From contig JACPRW010000003.1 of NCBI GenBank assembly GCA_016193585.1, positions 263,303-327,302 on the forward strand: a stretch of 64,000 bases of DNA. Direction: 5' to 3'. The position numbers and the translations under genes are program-made. A model generated the notes under the pieces. That model did no database searches. It was given only the letters and a program-made list of their open reading frames with translations, and was not told where the DNA came from. This document shows positions 1 to 9,157 of the stretch, piece by piece. The stretch's first letter is position 1, and each line of letters starts with the position of its first letter. The stretch is from Candidatus Aenigmatarchaeota archaeon. GTDB lineage: Archaea > Aenigmatarchaeota > Aenigmatarchaeia > GW2011-AR5.

Positions 1-1
1 C

Positions 2-280
2 AAAAATACGAGGGACGTTGCAAAGCACGAGACCGGTCATCTGTTAGGTTACACGACGCATCATGACGGACCTGTCACCGACGTCAGAGGGTACCCTGCA
101 GAACAAAGGTGCAACATGCTTTTTACGGTCCCGGCAGCATACACGTGCAGGAAATGTTCTGACGCGCTTGTGGCATTCTGGCAGGGTATGGAGTACAAGA
201 CAGGAGAACGGTATCTGACTGCCCCAAAAACGGGCAGACTAGCCAGATTGATGCAGAGATGTAAAGGGTATGGGCGGTGA
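2..280 (+). CDS. 3' end of a zinc metalloprotease (metzincin/archaemetzincin-like), partial
   Basis: My translation of frame 2 (not in ORF track): ...HETGHLLGYTTHHD...RCNMLF...CRKC...; HExGHxxG motif, Met-turn-like CNM and CxxC; stop TGA 278-280. Confidence 0.55.
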   Translation, partial: KNTRDVAKHETGHLLGYTTHHDGPVTDVRGYPAEQRCNMLFTVPAAYTCRKCSDALVAFWQGMEYKTGERYLTAPKTGRLARLMQRCKGYGR

Positions 281-284
281 TGAG

Positions 285-494
285 TGCGAGGGGTCGGATT
301 CGAACCGACGAACCCACTAAGGGACGAGATAGCACAAAAGCCTTGTTGCCCTTAAAGCCCTTGGCTCTTTCTTGAGTGTCGCTGTCATCGGAATTGTTCC
401 TGCAAACTCACGGATGGCTCGCGCCTTTTTCTGTCGTCCCTTGAGACCATGCAAGCAGCCTTCATTCGAACGGCTGTGACTTGGCTACCCTCGC
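285..494 (-). tRNA. tRNA-Leu(CAA) with four predicted introns (plus coordinates 450-477, 429-444, 378-417, 331-370); mature length 86 nt
   Basis: Acceptor GCGAGGG/CCCTCGC, T-arm GTCGG-TTCGAAT-CCGAC, Leu variable arm; anticodon arm CGAGA-CTCAAGA-TCTCG reconstitutes only after removing the inserts; intron 1 has a BHB with perfect central and upper helices. Confidence 0.85.
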
Positions 495-539
495 TCAGCC
501 ACACAGAACGCTTAGCGCTTGTGGTGCTTCTTGGTGAGC

Positions 540-587
540 TATAGGTGAAACAAGTTTTTATACAGGTGCCAGTACTGTTTCGCCATA
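540..587. repeat. Single-hairpin TA-flanked module (variant M)
   Basis: TATAGGTGAAACA...TGTTTCGCCATA; same termini and size as the module at 2458-2508. Confidence 0.6.
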
Positions 588-609
588 AACACGGTTCAGT
601 GACCGAGAA

Positions 610-1047
610 TCAGTGCAATTCCTGCAACTCTTTTCTGAGCGCCGCAAGCTGGTGCTGGAGGTCGGAGAGCGAGCCCTCGATATGACGTATCTCTATCTCG
701 CCCGGCGTTTCGATCTCGAACCCCTTCGGCCTGAGCAGTTCCGAGTCCACTTCAGTAACGGTCTTCTCGAGGCGCTGGACCGTCGCGCGGAGCATCTTGA
801 TCGCGTCAGCGCGCACCGCCTCGACGTCGTTGACGACGCCGAGCAGCTGCTTGACGCCCTCGATGAAGACTTTCATCTCCTGGACGTCGGAAAGGATTTC
901 CCGGTATTTTTCAACCTTGACAAACAGCGGCGCCGACATCGGCGCAGCAGGCTCCTGGACTATTTCCTGCTGCTGTGGCGCGGGATACGGTTCTTCTATG
1001 GCCTGCTTTATCTCCTTGGTCTCCTGCTTTTTTGCATGGAAGAACAT
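610..1047 (-). CDS. Conserved-looking hypothetical coiled-coil protein
   Basis: 145-aa ORF with host-like codon usage, PLFVKVEKY motif. Confidence 0.7.
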   Translation of the reverse strand: MFFHAKKQETKEIKQAIEEPYPAPQQQEIVQEPAAPMSAPLFVKVEKYREILSDVQEMKVFIEGVKQLLGVVNDVEAVRADAIKMLRATVQRLEKTVTEVDSELLRPKGFEIETPGEIEIRHIEGSLSDLQHQLAALRKELQELH

Positions 1048-1199
1048 ACTATGCTATCCTTTTCCGGCATACCTTAAATATCTATGTGCAGAATCCAGTT
1101 AGAATAAGATGGCTGCAAGGAAGTAGAGCTTCTTTGAGCTTTGCTTATCTGAGCATGCCAAAGAACCGTCCAATAAGCCACCTCTGGTGGCTTCTGACG

Positions 1200-1313
1200 T
1201 TGGTTCACTTACACCCAAAAAGCAAAGCTTTTTGGTGCACCGGAAAACTTTGTTTTCCGCGTGTAGCGGACAACAAAAGTAATATGTCGGTATTCTTTTG
1301 TTGGTCCACTATA
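1200..1313. repeat. Composite palindromic repeat: end of module A + double hairpin X1 (1212-1263) + module D (1264-1313)
   Basis: Near-identical to 10510-10623; D also at 21185-21236 in the opposite orientation. Confidence 0.9.
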
Positions 1314-1321
1314 ATCACATT

Positions 1322-1422
1322 GCGATGGTAGTCTAGCTGGTAGGACACGGCCCTGCCAATCTTCTGAAAAACCTCGTGTATGCAGACCGGCCGAGACCCG
1401 GGTTCAAATCCCGGCTGTCGCA
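1322..1422 (+). tRNA. tRNA-Gly(GCC), canonical 37/38 intron (1359-1387)
   Basis: Cloverleaf; anticodon stem CGGCC/GGCCG; BHB central helix CTGC/GCAG. Confidence 0.93.
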
Positions 1423-1471
1423 TTCTCACGTCTAGTTAAGAAAACAAAACAGAAAGAGCAAAAAAGAAAAC

Positions 1472-2104
1472 TTAGACTTTGACTTTCCTGACGTATCGCT
1501 TTCCCACGTCTGACACTGCGTCCTTGAGACCGAGACCGAGCGCAAGCGCAACGCCAAGGCCGACCGACGCTATGACAACGACGAGCACGTTATTGACGAG
1601 GGACGCCGTTATGCCCAGTGTTTCCAGCGCAAGCGCAATGGAAACGTAGAGCACAAAAAAGAAAAGCGTCTTGCCAACAACAGTTGCCCAGAGTTTCTGT
1701 GCCTTCTGGAGATGCGATTTGATGTACTCTGCCAGGACATAACCGACGACCATGATGACTGCTGCGCCGATTACGTTCGGGACAAATCGCCGTACGTCTG
1801 ACATCCAGAGGGTGAGCTGCTCAACCTGCAGCACTGCGACCGCCGCGGTGATGAATGCTATGTAGATCCACCATCGCACGATCATCGAGAACATCGCTGC
1901 AAGGCTGTACACTGGTTTCTGCGTTTCGGAGACGTAGTAATCTAGTCGCACTCTGTCAAGCAGTTCGTGCACGACCCGCCCGACTACCTTGCCGATGACA
2001 AGGCCGATGACGAGCAGGATTACTCCGCCCACGAGATTTGGCAGGAAGACCACAGTTTGCGTTGTCAATTGTGTCAGAATAAGTCCGACATCCTGCAATA
2101 CCAT
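1472..2104 (-). CDS. Membrane protein with conserved TM-helix repeats (MscS-associated/CmpX-like)
   Basis: Two repeats of the PNLVGGVILLVIG / PNVIGAAVIMVVG motif, multiple TM segments. Confidence 0.75.
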   Translation of the reverse strand: MVLQDVGLILTQLTTQTVVFLPNLVGGVILLVIGLVIGKVVGRVVHELLDRVRLDYYVSETQKPVYSLAAMFSMIVRWWIYIAFITAAVAVLQVEQLTLWMSDVRRFVPNVIGAAVIMVVGYVLAEYIKSHLQKAQKLWATVVGKTLFFFVLYVSIALALETLGITASLVNNVLVVVIASVGLGVALALGLGLKDAVSDVGKRYVRKVKV

Positions 2105-2195
2105 ATGGTCACCTACGGTAGTCTTGTGCGGGCCCGTTAATAAAGGTTTCTGTAGTGGCGTAGTGCGGGTAAATTACGAAGGAAAAAAGAAAAGG

Positions 2196-2373
2196 CGCCG
2201 AGAGCAGGAATTCCAGACGGTTTCTTTTGGTTGAGCTTTTCTTTCCAAAAGAAAAGGTCATTTGAACCTGCGCGTGCCAGAGGCACACTAGCTCTCAAGG
2301 ATCGCCTGTCATCTCATGTTGATCAAACCTTGAGTTGGCATCTAGCGCGTTTACCAAGTTCCGCCATCTCGGC
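2196..2373 (-). tRNA. tRNA-Ser(UGA) with introns at 30/31 (2301-2341) and 59/60 (2210-2260)
   Basis: Acceptor GCCGAGA/TCTCGGC, long variable arm, BHB helices CGCT/GGCG and TTCA/TGGA; mature 86 nt. Confidence 0.9.
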
Positions 2374-2402
2374 ATAAGGCGAGAACCTATGGTTCTCTTC
2401 CT

Positions 2403-2552
2403 TGCTCAAAGAACTCAAGTTCTTTGGCATCTCAAAGAAGCTTTGCTTCTTTGCAGATATGGTGAATTGCACTGGTTATGTCCTGATATTATTTGCAATT
2501 CACCTATAGAAAATTGCGCGTTAATACGACATAAGCTGCGCAATTATCTATA
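2403..2552. repeat. Composite palindromic repeat: double hairpin + module H (2458-2508) + module I (2505-2552)
   Basis: H-I pair recurs (reverse complement, with nested inserts) at 42255-42478. Confidence 0.9.
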
Positions 2553-2619
2553 TCAACCTTCTCTCCTAATGAAAATATTAAAAGAAGGTCGTTCCAGCCG
2601 CCATGCGTCATGACAGTCA

Positions 2620-3153
2620 TCATAGCATGACCTTCGGCATCAGTGTGTAGGCGATGGTAGCCTTCTTGTACCGCGCATCGAGGCATACGTCGTCCGAGGC
2701 CGCGTAGCTGGACGCAGCTACATCGAGATAGTGCCGCTCGTCGTTTCTCCCGCTGTATTCTTGGTGGCGGACGCTGATTCTGTATTTAGGCCGCCCCCGG
2801 TGCCCTTCGTCCAGCTGCAGCATCGCGTTTTCTATTGATGCAACAGCATCGGCGTCGTAATCGTTGCGCAGCATGGCATCAAACCATCGCCGCCAGTAGC
2901 TGCCCGGGACATCGGGGTGGCCGGTGAATGCGTCATCCAGAAAATCTGCAATTGCTTTCGGAGGGACGCCATCCATTCGGTCATGGTAGCGCTCCGTGTC
3001 CATGAGCCAGTGTAGGTAATACTCGGTGTGGCAGTCTATGCTCGCACGCACAGAATCGTCAAGGTTCCTGACAAGTTCCTTCAGCTCCCAAAAAGTCATC
3101 TGCGTATCAGCTACCTTCTTCCTTCCTGCAAGCCAGTTTGTTATTGTTCTCAC
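2620..3153 (-). CDS. Hypothetical protein
   Basis: 177-aa ORF, no motif recognised. Confidence 0.6.
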   Translation of the reverse strand: MRTITNWLAGRKKVADTQMTFWELKELVRNLDDSVRASIDCHTEYYLHWLMDTERYHDRMDGVPPKAIADFLDDAFTGHPDVPGSYWRRWFDAMLRNDYDADAVASIENAMLQLDEGHRGRPKYRISVRHQEYSGRNDERHYLDVAASSYAASDDVCLDARYKKATIAYTLMPKVML

Positions 3154-3157
3154 TGAA

Positions 3158-3367
3158 TCACCGGTGCCGTATGGCGCGCAGCAGCTGGTTCTGCACGCTT
3201 TTTGGAACGCTTTCGAAATGAACGATGGTGTCAGACGGGTACTGCTTCATTTTTCTGGTCAGGTGTGATGCCGAGAGGTCGTTGTAGAGAGCATCGCTGT
3301 CGATGATTTTGTACGCTTCTCTTGCTGCATCGTACACGATTCGTACCCTGTGTCTCATACGCTTCAC
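3158..3367 (-). CDS. Small hypothetical protein
   Basis: 69-aa ORF ending 4 bp before the next gene. Confidence 0.5.
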   Translation of the reverse strand: MKRMRHRVRIVYDAAREAYKIIDSDALYNDLSASHLTRKMKQYPSDTIVHFESVPKSVQNQLLRAIRHR

Positions 3368-3500
3368 ACCATGTATTATACGCGTGGGACACTATATACA
3401 TATCAAAGAAATTAGAGGATAAAATACAGTATAAACGGAATTAATAATATTTTTTTAAATAAAAGAAAGCTTTTTATGTACAATTTCCAACAATAATGGC

Positions 3501-3965
3501 ATGATAGACGTCACCGATATGGAGATATTGAAGGAGTTGAGCAAAAATTCCAAGAGAAAAATTCATCAATTGGCAGGCGTGCTGCGCTACCCGCGCTCAA
3601 CCATCCATAACAGAATAAGGAAGATGGAGAAAAGCGGCATCATCAGGACGTACATAGCTGTTATTGACCATGCAAAAATAGGCAGGCCAGTCGCCGCGTT
3701 TGTGCACCTCGTCATAACTTCCAAGCAGAGCGCTCACGAGATTGCAAACAAACTCAAAAGCTTCCCCTACGTCGAGGAGGTGCACGTGGTAACAGGGCAA
3801 TATGATATCATTGCCAAGGTCAGGTTCAAGGATACCGAAGATCTGGGAAAATTCATCTTCGACGAGGAGAAGGGCCTGCGCACCATGGAAGGCGTCGACA
3901 GGACGGAAACGATGATTGTCGTGAACACCGAGAAGGAATACGGTCTCGTCCAGAAAGAAAAGTGA
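3501..3965 (+). CDS. Lrp/AsnC family transcriptional regulator
   Basis: N-terminal HTH (D..ILKEL..NS..STIHNRIRKMEKSGII) plus AsnC ligand domain (VTGQYD). Confidence 0.95.
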   Translation: MIDVTDMEILKELSKNSKRKIHQLAGVLRYPRSTIHNRIRKMEKSGIIRTYIAVIDHAKIGRPVAAFVHLVITSKQSAHEIANKLKSFPYVEEVHVVTGQYDIIAKVRFKDTEDLGKFIFDEEKGLRTMEGVDRTETMIVVNTEKEYGLVQKEK

Positions 3966-3984
3966 GCGCCGGCGGCAGGAATAA

Positions 3985-4269
3985 TTATACCTGCACGTAT
4001 TTCTTATGCGCAGCTTCGGCAGTCATAATTTCAGTAACCTTTACGGTTTTGCTGTTCTCTTCTATAATGTAAAAAGCCCTGTAATCGCCTACCCGCATGC
4101 GGAAAGCGCTCTTCGAAGTGCCTTTAATTTCCTTTTTATCACCAATCCCCTGCCCGGGATACGGGGATTCTTTGAGAAGCCGCAATGATTCCTTTATGTT
4201 TTCCATCCTGCGCTGGCCAAGTGATTCAAGATATTTCAGGGCACCATGCTCAATAAGAACTTTCCACAT
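3985..4269 (-). CDS. relE: RelE/ParE family type II toxin
   Basis: FRMRVGDYRAFY motif, 94 aa, downstream of a small antitoxin with TGATG overlap. Confidence 0.9.
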   Translation of the reverse strand: MWKVLIEHGALKYLESLGQRRMENIKESLRLLKESPYPGQGIGDKKEIKGTSKSAFRMRVGDYRAFYIIEENSKTVKVTEIMTAEAAHKKYVQV

Positions 4270-4460
4270 CAGCCCAGCTCCACAAATCTGCCCGATTTGG
4301 CTATTCTGTGCTGTGTTTCGACAAGGTAATCATTCTTCAGCGCCTCTTCATAGAAAGTAACAAGCCTTTCGATGAGCGAATCGTACGTGTCTTCCATCGT
4401 CCCCAAACTTTTCAGCCTATCGCGGGTCATGGACTCTATCTGGATCGACGTTTTAGCCAT
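4269..4460 (-). CDS. Antitoxin (RHH/CopG-like)
   Basis: TSIQIESMTRDRLKSLG..TYDSLIERL pattern; coupled to the toxin. Confidence 0.8.
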   Translation of the reverse strand: MAKTSIQIESMTRDRLKSLGTMEDTYDSLIERLVTFYEEALKNDYLVETQHRIAKSGRFVELG

Positions 4461-4533
4461 ATCTATAATCTTTATAGAAAATTATATAAACTTATTGCTC
4501 AGCAATGATAATACATAATTGAGGTGTTGTGAG

Positions 4534-4659
4534 CGCCGGCGGCAGGATTTTCAACGAGGAAGCGGTCTTCCTCGATTTTGAACCTGCATGTCCGAAGGAC
4601 ACCAGTTTTCGAGATTCGCCCGCCATGTCTGGCGCACTGCCAAGTTATGCGACGCCGGC
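4534..4659 (-). tRNA. tRNA-Ser(CGA) with introns at 30/31 (4615-4628) and 59/60 (4548-4576)
   Basis: Acceptor GCCGGCG/CGCCGGC; perfect BHB helices CGCC/GGCG and TTCA/TGAA; mature 83 nt. Confidence 0.92.
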
Positions 4660-4699
4660 TTCCTTTAATAAATTGCCGGATGATTTTTAAAGGGGTTCT

Positions 4700-4888
4700 A
4701 TGGAGGTTTGCATCGACGGCAAGGCGTGTGCCGTGAAAGATAATGCAACGGTGAGCGAAGCGCTGAAGGAAACAGGGCTTAATCCTGAAATTTTTCTTGC
4801 CAAAAGAAACGGCGCAATCATCCATGAAAATGAAGTACTGAGGAATAACGACCGCATATCGCTCATCAAGGTGATATCCGGTGGATAG
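4700..4888 (+). CDS. ThiS/MoaD/SAMP ubiquitin-like sulfur carrier
   Basis: 62 aa ending VISGG; upstream of a TtuA-like gene. Confidence 0.9.
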   Translation: MEVCIDGKACAVKDNATVSEALKETGLNPEIFLAKRNGAIIHENEVLRNNDRISLIKVISGG

Positions 4889-5837
4889 CGTTATCCTAAA
4901 ATGGGATGCGACGCAGCATTCGAAAAATGCTGCGGGGCATTGCGCCTGCGGCACGAAGGGCATCTACTACCGGCGCTGGGAAGGGAAGTACTACTGCGCC
5001 TCCTGCTTCGCCCGTCAGGTGGAGACGCGTTTCAGGAAAACGGTCAGCGCCAACAAACTTGTTCGAAAGGGCGAGCGGGTGGCCGTTGCGCTGAGCGGCG
5101 GGAAGGACTCCGCTGCGCTGCTGTATCTGCTGAACGAGCTGCGGAAACATATGCCCTTCACGCTCGTTGCCGTCAGTGCCGACGAAGGCATCACCGGCTA
5201 CAGGGATGCAAGCCTCGAAAAAGCGGAAGAGCTTACGAAAATGCTCGGCGTCGAGCACCACACTGCGTCGTTTGCCGAGGCGTTTGCCGTGACGACAGAC
5301 GACATCGAAAAGAAGCACTGCACGTACTGCGGCGTGTTCCGCCGTTATCTGCTCAACAAGAAAGCACATGAGCTGGGCGCAGACAAGCTTGCCGTCGGCC
5401 ATAACCTCGACGACGAAGCGCAGAGCATCCTCATGAATTTCTTCAGGGGCGACATCGCCCGATTCCATCGCCTGGGCGCGAAGCCGGCGTCAGGCGGCGA
5501 CGGTTTTGTGCCACGCATCAAGCCGCTGCGCGACATTCCGGAGAAGGAAACAGCGCTGTATGCGCTCGTCAGGAATCTGCCCTTTTCCGGCAGCGAGTGC
5601 CCGCATTCCTTCGACAACCTGCGCAGGGACGTGCAGGCGATGGTCAACGGCTTGGAAGCGAAGTATCCCGGCACCAAGATGCAGATTGTCAGCTTCTACG
5701 ACAGGCTGAAGCCGTCACTGACAGCAGCCCGCAAGGAGGCAATTGCGCACTGCGCCCAGTGCGGCGAGCCTTCTTCCGGCGGCGTGTGCAAGGCATGCGA
5801 GCTTCTGGGAAAGGTGCGCAGCGCTAAATTTTTATAA
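4881..5837 (+). CDS. ncsA: tRNA 2-thiolation protein (TtuA/NcsA, TIGR00269-like)
   Basis: SGGKDS PP-loop, CTYCGVFRR, GHNLDD, terminal Zn fingers; start approximate. Confidence 0.9.
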   Translation: MDSVILKWDATQHSKNAAGHCACGTKGIYYRRWEGKYYCASCFARQVETRFRKTVSANKLVRKGERVAVALSGGKDSAALLYLLNELRKHMPFTLVAVSADEGITGYRDASLEKAEELTKMLGVEHHTASFAEAFAVTTDDIEKKHCTYCGVFRRYLLNKKAHELGADKLAVGHNLDDEAQSILMNFFRGDIARFHRLGAKPASGGDGFVPRIKPLRDIPEKETALYALVRNLPFSGSECPHSFDNLRRDVQAMVNGLEAKYPGTKMQIVSFYDRLKPSLTAARKEAIAHCAQCGEPSSGGVCKACELLGKVRSAKFL

Positions 5838-5857
5838 TTACCTATGCATCATCTTCT

Positions 5858-7393
5858 ATGGCAGATACCATTCTTGTCGTTGACTGCGGCGGGCAGTACG
5901 CGCATCTCATCGCCCGTGCAATCAGGAAGCTGCACGTCCATTCAGAGCTTGCTGCTGCCGGTGTCAAGGCTTCTTCTCTCGGTCCCGGCGTGAAGGGCGT
6001 CATCATTTCAGGGGGGCCCGCAACCGTCTACGAGAAGGATTCGCCGAAGCCGGAAAAAAAATTGCTCGCGCTGGGCATTCCGGTCCTTGGCATATGCTAC
6101 GGCCACCAGTACATAGCGTACGCCCTTGACGGGAAGGTCGGGAAAGCCGGCAAAAAGGAGTTCGGGTTCACCGATCTCGACGTCCTGAACGACAAGGGCA
6201 TTCTTGCAGGTTTGGGAAAGAAAGAAAAAGTATGGATGAGCCACGGCATAGAAATCCTCTTGCTTCCCGAAGGCTTCCAGAAAATCGCATCGACTGAAAA
6301 CTGTGAAATAGCGGCTTTCGAAGATGCGCGCAGGAAAATTTTTGGCATACAGTTCCACGCCGAGGTCAGGCACACGAAGTGCGGGAAGCGCATCCTCAAA
6401 AATTTCGTTGACATATGCGGCTGCAAAAAGGACTGGAAGGCGCAGAATACCGTGCCCGCGATCATCGAAGGCATCAGGAACGAAGCCGGCGGCAAAAAGG
6501 CGATAGTGGCGCTGAGCGGCGGGATAGATTCGTCGACAGCAGCCATGCTGTGCCACAAGGCGATAGGCAAGAATCTTGTCGCCGTATACATCGACACCGG
6601 CATGATGCGTGAGGGCGAAACCAGATGGATAGAGGAGCATTTCTCGAAGCTGGATATCAACCTCAGCGTAATAGACGCCAAAAAAGATTTTCTGGAGGCG
6701 CTCAGGGGAATAACAGACCCGGAAGAAAAAAGGATAGCCATAGGCGACACGTTCGTTGACGTGTTTGCAAAACAGATAGAAACGTTTGGCGCCGACTACC
6801 TCATCCAGGGGACTATTTATCCCGACAGGATAGAGAGCGCCCAGGCGAGCAGGAGTGCCTCGAAGATAAAGACGCATCACAATGTCGGCTCGCCGAAAAT
6901 AGAGCGGATGAGAATGGATGGCAAAGTCATCGAGCCGCTGAAAGACTTCTACAAGGATGAAGTACGGGCGATAGCAAGGGATATCGGGCTTCCGCAACCG
7001 CTCATATGGCGCCAGCCATTCCCGGGACCAGGGCTTGCGGCACGAATAGAAGGCGAGGTTACCGAAGAAAAGCTGGAAACAGTGCGGCACGCGGACAAAA
7101 TAGTCAGGGAAGAGATAGAGGACGCATCCCAGGAAGGGAAAAGGCCATGGCAGTATTTCGCCGTCCTCAGCAACTCGTTCGCCACAGGCGTCAAGGGAGA
7201 TGAGCGCGCCTTCGGGCATGTGGTCATCGTCCGCGTCGTCGAAAGCCACGAGGCAATGACCGCGAATTTCGCGAAGATGAGCTGGGACGTGCTCGAGCGC
7301 ATCTCGACGCGGATAACGAACGAGGTTCCCGGCATCACGAGGGTCGTCTACGACATCACTCACAAGCCGCCTGCAACCATCGAGTGGCTCTAG
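5858..7393 (+). CDS. guaA: GMP synthase (glutamine-hydrolysing), fused A+B
   Basis: GICYGHQ, QFHAEV, ALSGGIDS, KTHHNVG, KPPATIEW. Confidence 0.97.
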   Translation: MADTILVVDCGGQYAHLIARAIRKLHVHSELAAAGVKASSLGPGVKGVIISGGPATVYEKDSPKPEKKLLALGIPVLGICYGHQYIAYALDGKVGKAGKKEFGFTDLDVLNDKGILAGLGKKEKVWMSHGIEILLLPEGFQKIASTENCEIAAFEDARRKIFGIQFHAEVRHTKCGKRILKNFVDICGCKKDWKAQNTVPAIIEGIRNEAGGKKAIVALSGGIDSSTAAMLCHKAIGKNLVAVYIDTGMMREGETRWIEEHFSKLDINLSVIDAKKDFLEALRGITDPEEKRIAIGDTFVDVFAKQIETFGADYLIQGTIYPDRIESAQASRSASKIKTHHNVGSPKIERMRMDGKVIEPLKDFYKDEVRAIARDIGLPQPLIWRQPFPGPGLAARIEGEVTEEKLETVRHADKIVREEIEDASQEGKRPWQYFAVLSNSFATGVKGDERAFGHVVIVRVVESHEAMTANFAKMSWDVLERISTRITNEVPGITRVVYDITHKPPATIEWL

Positions 7394-7431
7394 CTTTTTT
7401 CTTTTAAAGAGAAAACAGCAAATAATTACGT

Positions 7432-8286
7432 ATGCTCGTCACCAAATCGATTCTGAAGAACGTTTACAAGCCGCGCACGCCGTGGGCCCACAAAGGCAAC
7501 TTCGGCTCCTTGCTGGTGGTCGGCGGCTCGCGCATGTACAGCGGCACGGTTGCCTTCAATGCGCTGGCTGCTTTGCGCGCGGGCTGCGACCTGGTTACCA
7601 TTGCTGCTCCGGAACGGGCTGCTGACACAGCTGCAGCGTTTTCTCCGGACATCATAGCATACCCCCTGAAGGGCGATTTCCTTGCTGCAAGGCACCTGAA
7701 AGAGCTTGAGAAGCTTAAGGAAGGAAAGGATGCGCTTGTTGTTGGCGGAGGCATGGGAAGGGAAAAGGAAACGATGGATGCAATTAATACATTTTTGTCG
7801 GGCATCGAAATCCCTTCGGTGATAGACGCAGATGCAATCCACGCGGTGGCCGGAAACAGAAAGGTCATACAAAGCAATTTCGTCATTACGCCGCATACGG
7901 TCGAATTTCACGTGCTGACAGGAGAAAAGGCGGGCAATGATGTCAAGGAACGGGCGCTTCAGGCAAAAAAATATGCCGCAGAATTCAGATGCACGGTAGT
8001 GCTGAAAGGCCACGTCGACGTAATCTCCGACGGCACGCGAACCGCGCTCAACAGGACAGGCTCGCCGTACATGACCAAGGGCGGAACCGGCGATACGCTC
8101 GCTGGGATATGTGGCTCGCTGCTCGCGCAGGACAATGACCCCTTCACTGCAGCGTGCGCCGCGGCGTACATCAACGGCAAGGCAGGAGAAATCGCTGCAA
8201 AAGAGAAGAGACAGGGACTTCTTGCGTCGGACATTATTGAAAAGATACCCGAAGCCGTCAGAGATCATGTGCATAATGCTTCCTGA
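7432..8286 (+). CDS. nnrD: ADP-dependent NAD(P)H-hydrate dehydratase
   Basis: HKGNFG..VVGGS..YSG, TPH..EF, KGGTGDTLAG. Confidence 0.93.
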   Translation: MLVTKSILKNVYKPRTPWAHKGNFGSLLVVGGSRMYSGTVAFNALAALRAGCDLVTIAAPERAADTAAAFSPDIIAYPLKGDFLAARHLKELEKLKEGKDALVVGGGMGREKETMDAINTFLSGIEIPSVIDADAIHAVAGNRKVIQSNFVITPHTVEFHVLTGEKAGNDVKERALQAKKYAAEFRCTVVLKGHVDVISDGTRTALNRTGSPYMTKGGTGDTLAGICGSLLAQDNDPFTAACAAAYINGKAGEIAAKEKRQGLLASDIIEKIPEAVRDHVHNAS

Positions 8287-8719
8287 TTATCGGCACCGCT
8301 CCTTTCGGCACGAGGTGCTCCCATCGTTTGCCTTGCTTGATGAGCGCCCTTATTCTGGTTGCGCTGTACGTCTTTGGCTTCAGCGCGTTCGGCCTTACGG
8401 TCTTGTAACCCGTGAAACATCGCTGCACCTGCCGGTTGCCGGTGACGATGACATCGAAGCGGGATTTTTTCTGTATGAGCGCCGCCCACGCGGCATCAGA
8501 AGGCATGTCAGGTACGCCGATAATCCTGCATGGTGAAGGCAGCGCAGCCCGCAGCATCGCCGCCCGTTCTCTGAACGAGAAAGGGTTTTTTTCGTCGTGT
8601 TTGTTAATGCTCCCGACAGCGATGATAATGCTGTCGTAGCGCTGCAGCAGGCGCTCTGCGGCGAATACATGCCCCTTGTGAAGCGGCTGGAACCTGCCGA
8701 TGAAGAGCGCCGCCGCCAT
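8258..8719 (-). CDS. nadM: Nicotinamide-nucleotide adenylyltransferase
   Basis: GRFQPLHKGH, NPFS..ER, SAT.IR. Confidence 0.92.
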   Translation of the reverse strand: MAAALFIGRFQPLHKGHVFAAERLLQRYDSIIIAVGSINKHDEKNPFSFRERAAMLRAALPSPCRIIGVPDMPSDAAWAALIQKKSRFDVIVTGNRQVQRCFTGYKTVRPNALKPKTYSATRIRALIKQGKRWEHLVPKGAVPIIRKHYAHDL

Positions 8720-8752
8720 ACCTTTATCTTATCGTAAAAGAGATTTATTGCC

Positions 8753-9157
8753 ATGGGACAGAATAGACGCGGCCAGGCTGCGCTTGAATATATGCTCCTG
8801 CTGGGAGTGCTGCTCGCTTTTCTGGTTCCTGTGCTGATATATTCCACCGAAACAACAGCGCGTTCGGTGAGCGCGCTCGAGGGAAAGCATGCTGTCCAGA
8901 GCATTGCCGACGCTGCGGATAGGATATACGCCATGGGCGGCGGCAGGATATTCACGCTCGTCACCATACCTCCGGGAGTCGCACGTCAGTCGGTAGCCAA
9001 CAAGACCATACGCCTGACGCTCAGCCGCGGCGATACGACCGCTGATATCGTCGGCAGTACGGTCGGCAACATATCGGGAAGCATACCGACCGGCTACGGG
9101 ACGCATCGCGTCGCCGTCGAGATGCTGGCCGGTGGCATCATCAATATCTCATCCTGA
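8753..9157 (+). CDS. Class III signal peptide (type IV pilin-like) protein
   Basis: RGQAALEYMLLLG prepilin motif. Confidence 0.85.
   Translation: MGQNRRGQAALEYMLLLGVLLAFLVPVLIYSTETTARSVSALEGKHAVQSIADAADRIYAMGGGRIFTLVTIPPGVARQSVANKTIRLTLSRGDTTADIVGSTVGNISGSIPTGYGTHRVAVEMLAGGIINISS

Larger units (their letters stand above)
3962..4547. mobile_element. Minimal tRNA-integrated islet carrying a toxin-antitoxin pair
   Basis: 19-bp direct repeat GTGAGCGCCGGCGGCAGGA at 3962-3980 and 4529-4547 = 3' end of tRNA-Ser(CGA). Confidence 0.75.

Noticed and set aside
1205-1429. ORFs overlapping tRNA genes (123-335, 1205-1429, 4499-4963, 21158-21340, 49321-49566, 55560-55757)
   Set aside because: Translations of tRNA or repeat sequence, with typical spurious peptides such as PGFEPG.
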